This document shows positions 22,687 through 35,920 of a DNA stretch of 64,000 bases, one piece after another. The stretch comes from Basidiobolus meristosporus CBS 931.73 (lineage: Eukaryota; Fungi; Basidiobolomycota). The notes under the pieces are model-generated. The model did not search any database. It was given only the letters and a program-made list of their open reading frames with translations, and was not told where the DNA came from. Position 1 is the stretch's first letter, and each line of letters opens with the position of its first letter. The position numbers and the translations under genes were made by a program. Location of the stretch: contig MCFE01000479.1 of the NCBI GenBank assembly GCA_002104905.1, positions 1 to 64,000 of the forward strand, written 5' to 3'.

Positions 22687-24152
22687 ATGCTCCCTCTACA
22701 CAGGGGATGGGCCATATGGATGGTGCTTGGCGTGCTGTTATTCTGTAATATTGTCAGCAGCCAACCTCCTAATACTTCCAAGGGTAAGGCTCCTCGAGTA
22801 CACTCAGACACCTCGAGGACCATTCGGCGACGTCAACACGACCCAATTTCCCCCATTGTTTCCCACACACAAGACCCCAACCATCACAATGGACTGCCTA
22901 CCACTGAACAGAATAAGCCCCATGTTACCCACGGGTCTGAGAGTCATGGACATGGGGAAGTAAAGAACCATGGCCATGGGGAAGCAAACAACCAGGGCCA
23001 CGGGGAGGCAAAGAGTCATGAACATGTGGAAGGAAAGCACCATGCACGACCAAAGCAACATCGTGAGGATTCAGACGAGCTTGAAGAGAATCATTTTTTC
23101 TCCGACTTCGCCCCTCATGGATCGATTTTCTTCTATATGTTTACCACTATCACGGCAACCTTAAACATATGTGCATCATCGGCGGTTATCTATATATCCT
23201 ATGTCGACTATCAGGAGATCAAATACCGTAATCGAGAGAAAACCAAGAAACCTCATCTATCCTCCTCCATAAGATTCCCCTTCTACATCGCCATCCTAGA
23301 TCTGTTCCTGGGATGCATCACGCTATTTATGGTGGCCGATACGATGTACTGGGACGAGCTGCCATCCTCGCGTACATGTGCGATCGTAGGCGGGATTATC
23401 TATTTGGGCACGTTTATCGAGATGACTGTGGTCGGAACGGTAGCGATAGTAACCTACCTGCAGCTGGTCCGAAAGGTCGATGTTTATTTGGGGAAATGGG
23501 ATTGGAAGGTCTGGGTTGGGTGTGGGCTCAGCTGTCTTGGAACTGCTATAGCTGGCATTCACACACGAGGCTTCGGGCCCGATTTGTACTGGTAGGTGGC
23601 AGATATATTGCATTCTCTTCAAACCCTTACTAATCTGAGCTTAGGTGCCTGGTTAATGAACACACATACGCTGGCCACGTTTTCCTGAAGCTATTCCTTA
23701 GCGTCCATTACGTGGTTTTATTCATAGTTTTAGTCTGCTACCTGCTGGTCCTTCATGACATGATCTTCAAGCCCAACACTGAGACTCACCTGCACATACA
23801 GCCTGGGAAAGTCAAGCGTACACTGAGCATTCATTCAAGTCATCGTTACAGTACGACCCTCATCAATGCCGTTCAAAAGCATAGAAAGCATACCGAAAAT
23901 CTAGGAATTGCATTATTCCTACACGTATTCCATTTCACACCGGCCATCGTGCATATGATATTGCAACTGAAAGGCTACCATCGTGCTTGGGTGTACGTAG
24001 TTGCTGCCGCCTTTCTGCAGCTAGGCGGGGTGCTCAATGGGGTGGAGGTCTTCATTCATCGAAAGCCAGTCCATCCCAAGTGGAAGATACAGGTAGACGA
24101 ACGGAATTTCGAGGATGACTCCAAATTAGCAGTGAATGAGGCATTCGACTAG
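22687..24152 (+). CDS. Git3/cAMP-receptor-like 7TM GPCR with signal peptide and His-rich ectodomain (exons 22687-23591, 23645-24152)
   Basis: Hydrophobic signal, TM segments with RFPFYIAILD and TCAIVG, and YWC formed across a 53-nt GTAGGT...CTAAT...TAG intron. TM7 reads LGGVLNGVEVF. Confidence 0.85.
22945..23040 (+). repeat. Four tandem 24-bp coding repeats (HGHGEVKN/HGHGEANN/QGHGEAKS/HEHVEGKH)
   Basis: Direct reading of the sequence. Confidence 0.9.
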
Positions 24153-26737
24153 AATGTCTCTGGATGCGGAATTCATAACTCTGGTAGTTCATGAGCTTCT
24201 TGCAATCAAATCTTCTAGAGACACATCGTCTAACCACGCCTTTTGCCGCCTCTAAGTGTCTCTCGACTGATTATTCATCACCCTGACTCGCCACAATAAA
24301 CCATATCAATGAAGTATTTATATATATGTAGGTATATGTATACCAGGCGATGACGCCAATGATGGTACGAGGATGTGCATGCGCGGCAACTGCTTCATGA
24401 CTATTTAGATATTCCTCGACAAAAAAGTAAGCCATTTAGGAGGTCCAGTTTCCACATACAAGGATGAGATGGATCCTATCGATCAACGTACAAGTCCATC
24501 AATATTGTATATACTGATCTGTGGTCCTTGTTTGCCAGGGAGAGCCCCATCCCTTGGCGTGATCATTGAATGAGGCTATTCCACGAAGCCCCTTGATTAA
24601 TCATGATGAGATATCTCGAGCATGCCAAGTTGCGTTCTAGATTCGACTGATCTGTGCTCAACTTGGACCGGCCGTTTCGATAAAGATTCGATCCATTATC
24701 CGCCTGTGCACCAGGGGAATGGCATTAATTAGTCAATAGCCCCTTACGATTCCCAGTCAACCGTAAAGAGCCAAATAGACCCTTCTCTATATTAAAAGCA
24801 CCTGAGGACTGCTATTTGTGACTGTCGCCACGCTTGGAAATCCAATCTCTTTGGCTCCTTGAACGAAAAATAATTGATGTCCCACCTCAATTACCAAATC
24901 TGATGCTGTTCCTGATTGGCGTAAGAGCCTTCCCACGGCCAGAATGAGCAATGTATTGGTATGAAACCAGGCCTGCTGAATAGTGATACATTTGAGGGAA
25001 CTCCCATCAATCCCTCCATCCATGCCTCATGTGAAATGTAATCACACTTTCAACCTTATGTTTGCAGAGCATGGCATGGAATTGCCCAAAGTAATCTGGA
25101 ATTGATTAACTCGGAAAACGGGTGCAACGTTCATTGAGCGATTTTCACCCACAAAGCCTAGGCATGCACTATTTGATGCATACCAGCCCCACCCATCGCG
25201 ACGACACTATAGGCCTGGCAGAGGACGGCTTACATTTCTGTTAGGATCCATTAGATTTTGTACGTACTATTTGGGCAAGCTCTAATGATTCCTGCTATAT
25301 ATGTCGCCTCATGGTTGCGGTCACTAAACCAACCCCAAGCATAATGAATATTACTTCATTTATCTTCCGAAGATGCTGGTTAGTATTACGGGAAAACTCT
25401 CACAGTCAAGATAATCAGGACCACCAAGCCCGATTTAGGTCTATCTCGCCCACTCTTCTAATAAAGTACTGCGTTTGAGCAACCGACAGCCTATGACCCG
25501 CCGGTGTATATTATTTTCGCCTGCACAGTAACTTAGCAGTCCACCTCCCGATCAATACAGGAATTGGAGAATCCTTCATTTCTAGAAAGGCGAATTCATG
25601 CGGCGATTAGCCTATCCCTAGTGCGCACAAGTTGGCTGGCGGCAAAATATTTTGCCTTTTCAATGGCACGTAGTGGGCAGACACACAGGGTATGTCATTG
25701 CTCTGCATGCTGTATCCAACCCGCATGTTTTAGAGGCCTTCAGCTCATCAGCCCTGGCATCGTGGATCTAGACAGCTATCTAGATCGCTTCCTTCCAGAG
25801 GGCACCTCCGCGATTCAAACGGTAACGGGGAGAAGGCGCCTGCATGGGTTGGCCTACCATCCGGCTCTTCCATGCCCGCAGACCCCTCTGCTTCCAAGTT
25901 TGGACGATTGCTTGGTCATCACTTGCGAATGTTATTGCAGCCCATAAACATCGGTGGGATAAGCTTAAATCGAACATTGGAACTTCTTAGCTGGACATTT
26001 GTTTTTTCTTATTTGTGACACAGCGCACCTAATATGGCCGATTTCTCAAATGAAATTTCGTGGGCTTTCGATCTTCTACCTCGAAGTCCATCCACCAATA
26101 AATCGACACTGCTACAGCAAGAGGATCAAGCTTAGGGTTGCACAATGGGGCCACCAAGTGCTAAGTTTGTGGCGTCTCGAATGTGGATAAATTACCCGCA
26201 TGCAGATCATAAGGTTGGTCGGCAAGCTCATCTTGACCATCAATCTCTTGTGGTGCGCGGCTGCCAAATACCCAACGTGCAGCAGAGAATGTCGAGTTGC
26301 CTGTGGCCAATACGCGTTGGAGCACAGATTAAATGGATTTGTGTGATGGAAATTAGTTGGACAAGAAAGGGTCCTTTCATGCGGTAATCAAGTTCAAGTT
26401 GGCTTGTGTCCCAACGGAATCGGCACTTGTTCTTCGACAGCCATGCTGACGGTGCATCGAGTTTTTGGATTTTTTAGCTAATCAGAGCGGTGTGAATCAG
26501 TCGGTGATACGAGCGTCTGACCAAATATCACCTCAATATTATATTTAGGATACCGCTTGATTAGAGGGATGGTGTGCCGTATCTTTACCAAGTCCCGAAT
26601 TTGCTGATCATTGGTAGCTTTGGAACAGATAAAATCACCACCGAAGACCAAGAATCGCCGAAATATCTTGTTTCCCTCCCTTTCCCATTCTCCTCACTGC
26701 GTCCTTCCCATTTGCGCCTGAAGGTGTCGTCGGATTC

Positions 26738-28235
26738 ATGGCATCAACAATCAACACCAATTCCTGGGACTATGATCCTGGGTATGACCTTAGATTAAAA
26801 GGAGACTTCGAGAATAATGCTGTAATGATCATCAATGTGGTCTTGAATTCGGCATCCATACTGTGCGGCTCCTTGGTACTGATCATTTATTTCGCTATAC
26901 GCTCCTTCGAGCCAAAGCTCATGGATCGTGTATCGCTAAGACTGACTGCCGCTATATCAGCTGTGGACGTCCTGAAAGCTGTGGTTTATATTCTTTTTAC
27001 TTTCGTTGCTGTCAGTGGGCCCGCATGTGATTTTTCTGCATGGTACGCTTATCTCTTAGCCTGGTGAGTGTTCTCTTGACTAACATGTGATTTAGGGCGA
27101 TTATCTTCCTGACGAACTACTACATCTTCTTGACATGTATGATTGCTTTCAATCTGCAGTATGTCTTCCTACACAACAAACCCTACCATCCCAGCCTGGA
27201 ACGCATATACTTCATTGCCTCTTTCCTCCTCTCTGTTGCCACCACTGTCCCTGCCTGGGCTGCGGGCAGAGTTGGATGGGATGACAATGTTGGGGTGTGC
27301 TGGTGGAAAAACTATTCTAGTAAGCGTACAAGAGCATGGGAGTGGGGATGCTTCTTATTTTGGGTCGTTGCCTGTTCAATCTACTGCCTCGTGGTGGTGA
27401 TACTGGTGATCACTAAGCTGGAGATGAATCTTCGCAAGCTCGATCGGTTCAACAACGCCATGCCTCTTGGAACCCATGGGTCGTTGGAGGAACGCAGAAG
27501 AAAAACCCACAAGACAATTAAGCAGCTGGTAGCTAGAATTGCGTTGTATACTCTGATTCCAATCGTAACCCAAGGTGGGTTCATTTTGATGGAAATATGG
27601 TTGCAGTTCAAGCACGAAATGCATCCTGGTATCAACTACTGGTCCGTCATCGGTACCGATCTCCCCGGTGAGTGCTGTTTGGTTCCATGGAGAATATCTT
27701 GAGCTAACCTTACGTCCAACCTCCAGGTATACTGAATTTAGTGGCGTTTTTGATGGATCCCGCCCTACACAACTCAGTCAAGGTCGTTCGTGAAAGCCTG
27801 ATCGCCAAGTATTACCACGAGGAGTCCTATCAAAGAACCACTATGCCTTTGAAGAACCAACCGTCATATAGCACCTCCTCGGAGCCCGAATACTATGTAT
27901 CTACCTGGACTCGCTTCATGAGATACTTTGTTCGCTATTTCGTCGGGTCGAAGTGTGATAGTACTGGGTCTACTTTTTACCGGATGTCGTCCAACCACAA
28001 TTCGTCCAACACGGATAGAGTGTGCTACACACCCACCCATCTCCAGGTTGTCAACTCGAACATCAACGGCGAGCCTATCGAGATGAACGACCTAAGAGAC
28101 AGCCCTACCTGGGATCAGAATAGCCACACTATAGGGTTTCTGGAGGCCGATACTGCCCTGGCTCTACAAGACCAGACCAGAACCACTCCCAAGGAAGAAA
28201 AAGAAAAATTGGGAAAATTCATCCGAGGATTATAA
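26738..28235 (+). CDS. Git3/cAMP-receptor-like 7TM GPCR (exons 26738-27042, 27096-27667, 27727-28235)
   Basis: Motifs DRVSLRL, ACDFSAW|AIIF, GWDDNVGVCWW, RIALYTLIP and LPG|ILNLVAFLMDP. Two GT-AG introns (53 and 59 nt) restore the frame. Confidence 0.9.
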
Positions 28236-30149
28236 TTCCCTGTGGCGCCCTGGCACCCTGCCCACGGCCATTCCAACTATCGCCACACCCATTACTATTA
28301 CTATCATGATATTAGACCCTAATAGAGATCAAGTACCGCATTTTTCCATGTACCATAACCTTTTCGAATCATTTGCACATGCATGTTCCACAGCAGCCAA
28401 GAAAGCCTTAATGGACTAATGATAAAAGCTCCGAAAGTGTGATACCCACCATTTACAACGTTTCCCAAACATATCTAGCTCTGCCCAAGAGAATGATAAT
28501 AAAGGTATTCAAGGATCCCACCACCCGCGTTTTCACATGCGTCACATGGAAGTAGTCCAACAACGGCATCCAGTTTCCATCGTGATCGATCATCAACCGT
28601 TGTCGTGTGTGTAACAGTGGACTCCATGATGGTGCACCGATCGGCCATATGGCAGAGACTAGAGTAACGGTACTCATCGTTGGCCAACCCCAAGTTGGTA
28701 ACGGATAGCCATTAGTGGCTCCTAGAGATCCTCCCTTACGTCATGATGGTGATTCAGAGAACTGGTTGGTCATTGGCGTTGATTTATCTTCCATCATGGT
28801 AAGATATACACCGCTCTCCCACTCCGCGTCCAATGTTATCCAGCGGGTCGGCTGATAGAAGATCTGACCTGTGAAGATTGCAAGGTACGAGTCATTCAGA
28901 GTCGAAGACAATCTCACAAGACGAGCCATGTGCCTTACCTTATTCAAGTAGGAGGTCGTATGATTCAACCAAAGGCATCTCGGCACACGTCAGGTATCAT
29001 ACGAGAGTATGCAATGGTGATAAGGCATCTTGTGTTCAGGCTGGAATGGATATGGCAATCCCTTCTATTGGTTGCATTTCAGCATTATGTATTACAACAG
29101 CTTTCACTGATCCGTCAGGACGGCGTGGCTTTATTCGTTTTGATGGACGTTGGGGACTTATCTCAAATGCGGGTTGGAGGGTGTTGATGTCTGGAAGTAG
29201 ATGCAAGTTAGTAGCTGGGGTTGTGATGGTTAGTCATCGGAATTCGGTCAAGTCATGTTGGGAATGTTGAGATCTGCTGGGGTGTGAAGGGGGTATCTAC
29301 TATTATTAAAACGTGTATTCTGCTGCTCTTGCGATCTTCAACATCGAATTACTATATCGGACTGAGATGTCCAGAATCTCGGCCTTTCCATGTCGGAGCC
29401 AGCATTTAGATTTCATATCAATCAATCGGAGAGCAAGGCCCTCAAAGATCTATCATATTTCTATGCTCGTTTGACTGCGTCTTTCCGTATAAACCTCGTT
29501 GAAAACCCCATCCAAAAGACCCATACTTACATGCCAAGTCAAAAAAGATTTTATATGGTCTCTTCTATATATTTCAACCTCACAGCGTGGCTTGCTATAC
29601 CTTTATCTCAGACGGAGCTGCTTCGACAGAGGTGTGTAGGAACAAGGGTGGAGTTGTCCAGTGAAAAGCTTAGCATGATTTTGAAGCATTGGCACTAATG
29701 AGCATAGTTGGATTAATGGCTAGTGTTGTTGGGGATGCCATGGTGCATGGGTAATGAGACAAAACCCTGAGCCAGGGAGATTTGGGAAGATATCCATTCC
29801 TAGGAGAGTATGCATCAGAGTCCATTTTACAGCCTTGATGCTCGGTCTGTTTTCGGTAAGATGCCACGGCGGTTGATTCAGGCCATGTGCCCATCCTACC
29901 ATACTTGTACCAAATTCCCACTACCGAGCCAACAGACACGAAATCAATTCATTTATTGAGTAAAAGCCAGGGATTCTAGTATTAGCGCTCTAGTTTCGAT
30001 TCGATCGCGCTATGGGTAATGAACACGTGCTGGGTAGGAATATGTTCCTGGATAAACCGGATTCTGGGATATACAGTTGGGCGTATTCGTCTGGATGAAT
30101 GGAATAAATAAAGAGTCGAACGACCGTTCGCAAGAGATACTACGAGTGT

Positions 30150-31832
30150 TCAAGAGATGGAACTCAGCTCTTCCACACCAACTTCGAAGAGCACCTGCAT
30201 TCCTAGTATCATATGGGCAGTGATGTGGCAATGGAACACCCACACTCCGGGGTTATCTGCGATAAATCGGATTGCACGCCACCCACACGGGGTTCCCGGT
30301 GCATATTTCAGATCTGGCGAGTCGGTCTCTGGATACACAGAAACAACATCTCTTAGCAACGGGGCCGAGATGGCTTTGACTTGGTTGGATAGTTCTTGGG
30401 GTGAGTAGAGTCCGTTCCCGCCCCCCACATCAAAAAAGGAATGCCCGTGCAGGTGGAAGGGGTGCTGGTCGCAACGACCGGTCGTAGTTGCCGTATTCTG
30501 GATAACAATTTGAATGACTTCGTTCAATTTGACGGGGATGGTTCTTCTGGCACTGTCATACCCATCGGTACGGTTTATCTTTTGATAATCTGGGTATCGG
30601 GACCTTGTTCCATCATACAGGTCGAGTAGTACAGGTGACATGGGCTCCTCAAATGTCAGGTTGTTTAGATACATACGGATAGCCCCGTTGTCAAGCTTTC
30701 GTTGGCCCGTTGTCAATTGGATCTCTCGATCATATGCTTGGGGGAAATCGGGGTGGTTTAGCTGGCTGGGAAGCACATCACGCGGCAACATCTTGAATCT
30801 ATTGAACTCCCACATTGGAGTGCCAAGTGGGACAGCAGGGATTCTTTCTGGGGCTGGCGGGGATCTGATGTTCGGGTCTGGTGAACCTTCGTAGTGGAGG
30901 ATGGAAAGGCCGTTCTCCGGGGTGGATTTGCGGAATTTAGCATTGGCTTTCATGAAGTAGTTGTCGATCGGCTGATTCGCCTCCACCAGTACGGAGTATC
31001 GTTGGCCTGCGTTTATTTCCAGATGCTCCACGCGAACTGGCTTGACGTAAAACCCGTCCACCTCAATCACAGTCATGGTGTGATGTGGTATGACGAAAGA
31101 CAGGTAAGTGGACAGCATGGCGCCAATGATTCGGAATCGGTAAGTAAGCCCGGACTTCACACTGATCACGTCGTATCCACAGCTAGGAGCTTTCGAGGAA
31201 TGCTCTAATTGGGTGCAGTTCCAGTTGTCGTAGGTGTTTCCGTTTGTAAGAATAGAGTGAGGATCACCGATCCAACGGAACGAAGGGGAGAGTAGGCCGT
31301 CTACTATATCGTTGTCCTCTTGATGGTAGAAATCACTCAGCAGAACGATCCTCTCATGGTCGTAATGATACGGTGGCCTGTCGTCCTTATCCTCGATAAT
31401 CAACGCCCCATACGCTGTCATCCCATGGACTGAGGTGTGAGCGTGATAGTAGAAGGTTCCCACTTGGTTGCTTAGATGCATTTCCTGTCGAAACGTGCTT
31501 CCTGGATCAACTGGCCACTGTGTGATAAAGGGAACCCCGTCAGATTGGGGAGTTCCGGTCTGGAGAATCCCATGGAAATGAAGTGTGACCACCTCCGCGG
31601 CCATGCCGTTGTAAACGTTGATCACAAGCGTGTCGCCGGTATGCGCACGCAAGGCAGGGCCTGGAGAGTCGCCGTTAATGAGAACCATGAAGCGCTCGAA
31701 GCAATCCGGCGTTCGATAACCTTCACTGATTGTGAGGTTGTACTCTACTATTCCAGCATGACAAGAAAATAGGCTGGAGATTACAATAACTGTGAGAAGT
31801 AACAGGTTTGTACAATTTAGGCTGGATCTCAT
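30150..31832 (-). CDS. Secreted multicopper oxidase (ascorbate oxidase/laccase-like), 560 aa, intronless
   Basis: Signal peptide and all four Cu-binding motifs: HFHG, YHAH, HPFHLHGH and HCHITAHMILGM (Met axial ligand). Confidence 0.96.
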   Translation of the reverse strand: MRSSLNCTNLLLLTVIVISSLFSCHAGIVEYNLTISEGYRTPDCFERFMVLINGDSPGPALRAHTGDTLVINVYNGMAAEVVTLHFHGILQTGTPQSDGVPFITQWPVDPGSTFRQEMHLSNQVGTFYYHAHTSVHGMTAYGALIIEDKDDRPPYHYDHERIVLLSDFYHQEDNDIVDGLLSPSFRWIGDPHSILTNGNTYDNWNCTQLEHSSKAPSCGYDVISVKSGLTYRFRIIGAMLSTYLSFVIPHHTMTVIEVDGFYVKPVRVEHLEINAGQRYSVLVEANQPIDNYFMKANAKFRKSTPENGLSILHYEGSPDPNIRSPPAPERIPAVPLGTPMWEFNRFKMLPRDVLPSQLNHPDFPQAYDREIQLTTGQRKLDNGAIRMYLNNLTFEEPMSPVLLDLYDGTRSRYPDYQKINRTDGYDSARRTIPVKLNEVIQIVIQNTATTTGRCDQHPFHLHGHSFFDVGGGNGLYSPQELSNQVKAISAPLLRDVVSVYPETDSPDLKYAPGTPCGWRAIRFIADNPGVWVFHCHITAHMILGMQVLFEVGVEELSSIS

Positions 31833-32657
31833 TATTTCTAATCCAGAGTGTGCATCAAGCTATCTTGTATGTTGCTGGTGATATTGATGTCAAGGATGGG
31901 TATTTTCAACGGTTCTAGTTCCTACCTTCTCCGAGATTGATATGTCTTCAAATTAAGAAGAGATACGTAACTACACGAAGAGAATAAATATTTGATGAAA
32001 GGAAGCTGGCGAACTGTCGGTGGGGAGCTAGGTCTATATAGGCAGACAAGGAAGATTCTGGGCATTATTATTTCCTTGACCATCGCAAACATTGTAAACA
32101 TTCAACTGAACTACCCGAGATCGGTAACTATATATTCTTCGCTACTTGTTTGATTTCTGCTAGTAGCGCTTCATTGTACATATTTCATTCGAACACCCAT
32201 TTCCAATAACAAATTGAAGGGTTGTCTCTGTATTTACCGTTGTAACTGGCTGGGGTCGAACATGTGCAGAGCCCCAAGGGAGCGCTTGGGAAAGAATGGA
32301 ACGCACACCACCAAAACACTTGGAATAAATCGTTGCATGCCGTCACAATTGATGGATCAGTGTTCAGTCAGAATAACAGCCCACGAGAAGAGATGATCTT
32401 TAGAGATTTTATATTACAATGAGTAATTACAAAACGCAATGAGAGCAAGGACAACAAAACTATCAACTCGGAAGAGGTACATCTTCATCCTGCTGTCTTC
32501 TGAGAAAGCTCGAAAGGGTTATCACATGAATGAGGGTACGCTGGTGCTTGCTTTTGGCTATAAAATACGATAATGAAAGCAAGAGCAATCCATGCAAAAT
32601 CGGTTAGGGACTAGAAGTAGATGGGCGAAATTGGCTGGCCAGAGGGTTGGATACGTT

Positions 32658-34169
32658 TCATAAGCACACTGGGCCACATTGAAACTTACGCAACCAACAC
32701 TTTCTTCTTGCGTGCATGCGTAGCGAGATCGCTATACAAATGGGTACCGTTTAGCAGAGAGTATTTGCAACTAACAACAGACCCGATTACCTGACTATAC
32801 TCTTCCAAGGAACGTTAACAAACGTCATGCAGCATTTCAGATTAACTGGCTCTTGGAGTTGTTTTTCTAATGTTGAAGGAGAGGAGAGGCGCTTTATAGA
32901 TTGGATTACATTGGCCGGGGAGAACGGGCTTGTGTTTTTGCGACTGTTGGACGAAACGGGACTTGGTGGATAGCTCTTGGTTGCGTTTGGTTGCTCGGGT
33001 TCTTTGTCATCGTGAACTGAGGCAGTGATTGCCACCTGAACGTTGGTTAAGCCCATTGCTTGGCCCCTCTGATCAAGTATGTTATGGATAAGTTACCTGA
33101 GCATGCCCTTTAGCACCTGGACCTCTCATCATCACATACTCGGTGGGCGGTACCGAAGGTCCTAGTGCAAACCTACTCTTTATCTTGTTTGAAGCCTTTT
33201 GACGGTACAGATCTAGGAGGGCTGAATAAGAGGCAGCGCCTTGGAAGAGCGTGATCTTGCCGTCCGAAGTGGTCTTTTTCCCTGAATGATTTCCATTCTC
33301 TGCAACTTCTCCAAAACCTTCATTGTCTCCGTCTGCAACACCAACTGCTAACTCTACGCAAAGATATTCGCCTTCCTTGATAATCAATTGTTCAAACGCA
33401 TCCTCATAGTCCTCGATCACATAATATATCAATGGATAAGAACATTCCCAGTTGGAATCCTTCGTGTTCATACGAGATTTCGATGGCAATGCGTACACAC
33501 GTTTACTGACATGCTTCCACGTGCATGTCATACTGGTCTTGAGGCCTGGGGTGGTGGAATTATCTGTATTGCGTTTGCAAACAGCAACGGTCAAGCTACA
33601 CGGTAACTAAGGTTCAGGTGAATTTGAATTCCACTGGTAGCTAGCTTTCAGGGTGTTATCAAAGAAATACCTGCACAATCAAGTTTAAAAAGAACGTTTC
33701 CCTCCATAAGACTGGATCTTCCAGCGGAGGCATAGGGTTGGGCTGGGCCAACTTTCGTTTGACGAACACAGGGTCCAAGCCTCGGTTATTCGTCTGTCGT
33801 TGCCGGACAAAAAAAAGTAGATCGTCGTTGCGAGAATCGGATTTCTCCAGGAAAAATTCGATGAAATATTCTTCCCATCTGTTCAATAGAAAATCTCTTT
33901 AGAAGGTAGAATGGTTTAAACTAGTGGAACCCAAAGTCTATAAACCAAGCTTGTAATAAAGACATTCCTACTCCGTCGGGTGTGAAAAGAAAGGCTATGT
34001 GATGGATGTTGTACCTTGAGTCTCTGGCATCCTGTTCAGATTCATCTATCTCGGAGGATAACAAGGAACTATAGGAAGCATGGCGCCGAAGTGCATTTGG
34101 AGAATGGCTTGGGACGTCTAATTTCTCCTCGATGAGTCGATTCAGTATCTGAAGAAGGTTAGCTGTCAT
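32658..34169 (-). CDS. KIAA0930: KIAA0930/DUF2045-family protein, multi-exon (ends approximate)
   Basis: Motifs DDLLFFVR, WRETFFLNLIVQ, VYALPSKSRM, SYPLIYYVIEDYEDAF, LCVEL, LFQGAASY, VMMRGPGAKGHAQVAI and LKCCMTFVNVPW, distributed over exons with GT-AG boundaries. Confidence 0.85.
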
Positions 34170-35920
34170 TCGGCTGCAAATGGATTCCCAAGATTATAAA
34201 ATTTCCTATGAAACTTCTCAATTGGTAGACCTCTTCCCACTCGCAAGTACTGTTTTTCGCAAGGAACGAAACAACTTATGTTTAGCTGTTGGGGAGCACT
34301 TTAATGAAAGTGAATGAGTGACAGGGGGTTTCAACGAAGCTTCAAAGTCAAGAGAGAGAGCTATATTGCCTGGTGGAACTAGTTGAAAAATGGTGCACTG
34401 CACGATGAATCTATATTCTCAAGTAATTTAGATGGGTGCTAAATTATAATATACACTAATTTAATGTTGACTGTAGCAGGGAGGGTAAGTAATAAACTAA
34501 CTTATTGAGTTGCCATATATGGATGTGTTCTTTGTTTACCGATGTTCCTCTGTGATACGGACATGGATTGTTATTAAACAAGAGCGTAACACTCTCGAGA
34601 GTGATTCAGTAGAATGTTACTAGCCAATAGCTTCCGTCGGTAAAAAATACTTGTTCCCAACAACATACATATTAGAAGCACAGCATTGTGCACACGATTG
34701 ACAATGATCGTGTGCTAGAGTCGTGATGAATCACTGTTGAGAGATCTAACTGAATTAATGGTTGAAACAAGAATCACGCTATTCTAGTAACTAGGATGTT
34801 ACATTAAGGGCTGGTGATGAATGGCACACATTTTGCACTTGCAGGACGAGATTGGCCTGATCAGCGAAGCTCAACTGCTGCTCAAAACCAATCCTTTCCA
34901 GCGTGCACCAAAATGGCGCTGTTTAACAGAGTGGATCCCATTTACAAGCAGTTGGCCATGTTCATGGTGAGTGTGGGCTGTGTCTGCATTCAGGTGCATA
35001 ACCATATCAGTTGGTTTCATACACCAAGCCGCATTCCTTACTAGTTCGCACTGAGCTGGTGTAGTAGGAAGATGGAAATATGATCAGTATATCATCATTC
35101 AACTCGTTTGAGGTACGCAAACAGGTTCTCTACAAACTTTGCTCAATCTCATGGTTGTGCTTCGCCTCGCCTCATGAAAACGTACTGGTAACTCAATCAA
35201 GCCTCTGCCTTCTGATCTTTGTGGAACTCTGGCGTGCTAATTCCCCAACTATTGTAAATCCACTATATTGATCCCGTTGTAGGAGGTTTTCCCACTAATC
35301 ATTGCTTGTTGATTTGGTGGGTTTTGCTGTCTCAAGCACATCGTTAGGGGCTCCACTGCCGATGCCAGCTCATCCAGATATTGTTGCACCAAGTCCCAAG
35401 TGGACATCCTACATGAGGTGAGCTCGCAAGTTGCGTTCATTGCATTGTTCACAGCCTTAACTGGGTTTCACGGCGTGTTTCTTGCCCCGCATTGAAGCAG
35501 GAGATACTTTCACTGAGCAGTCCTACACTTACTGCTGCTATTCAACATTCACCCAGATGTTCTGGAAAGCATATGAAACTGGTCTATATGTGGAGCGAGT
35601 TTCTTGTTACCGCATACATTGTCCTTGTTGGGCGATGAACGAATCATTCCACTGAATCAACCAATAAATTGATTTACTTGATAACTGGTAAGTGCAGAAA
35701 CCCTTGTACACAATCTAGAGACGTTGTAAGACAATGACAGATCTAGGAGCAACTCTTCAAATTCCAAGAAACGAACGATTAGTACTATAACGACTCACAC
35801 ACACATTCCTTGTTTCCCACTACTCCACAACCCAAGACTGGGAGTGCAGAGCTAGGGAAACACATGGCCAGGAAAATATAGATTTAACTTTGGCTTAATG
35901 GTGGCCCCTAACATACAGAA

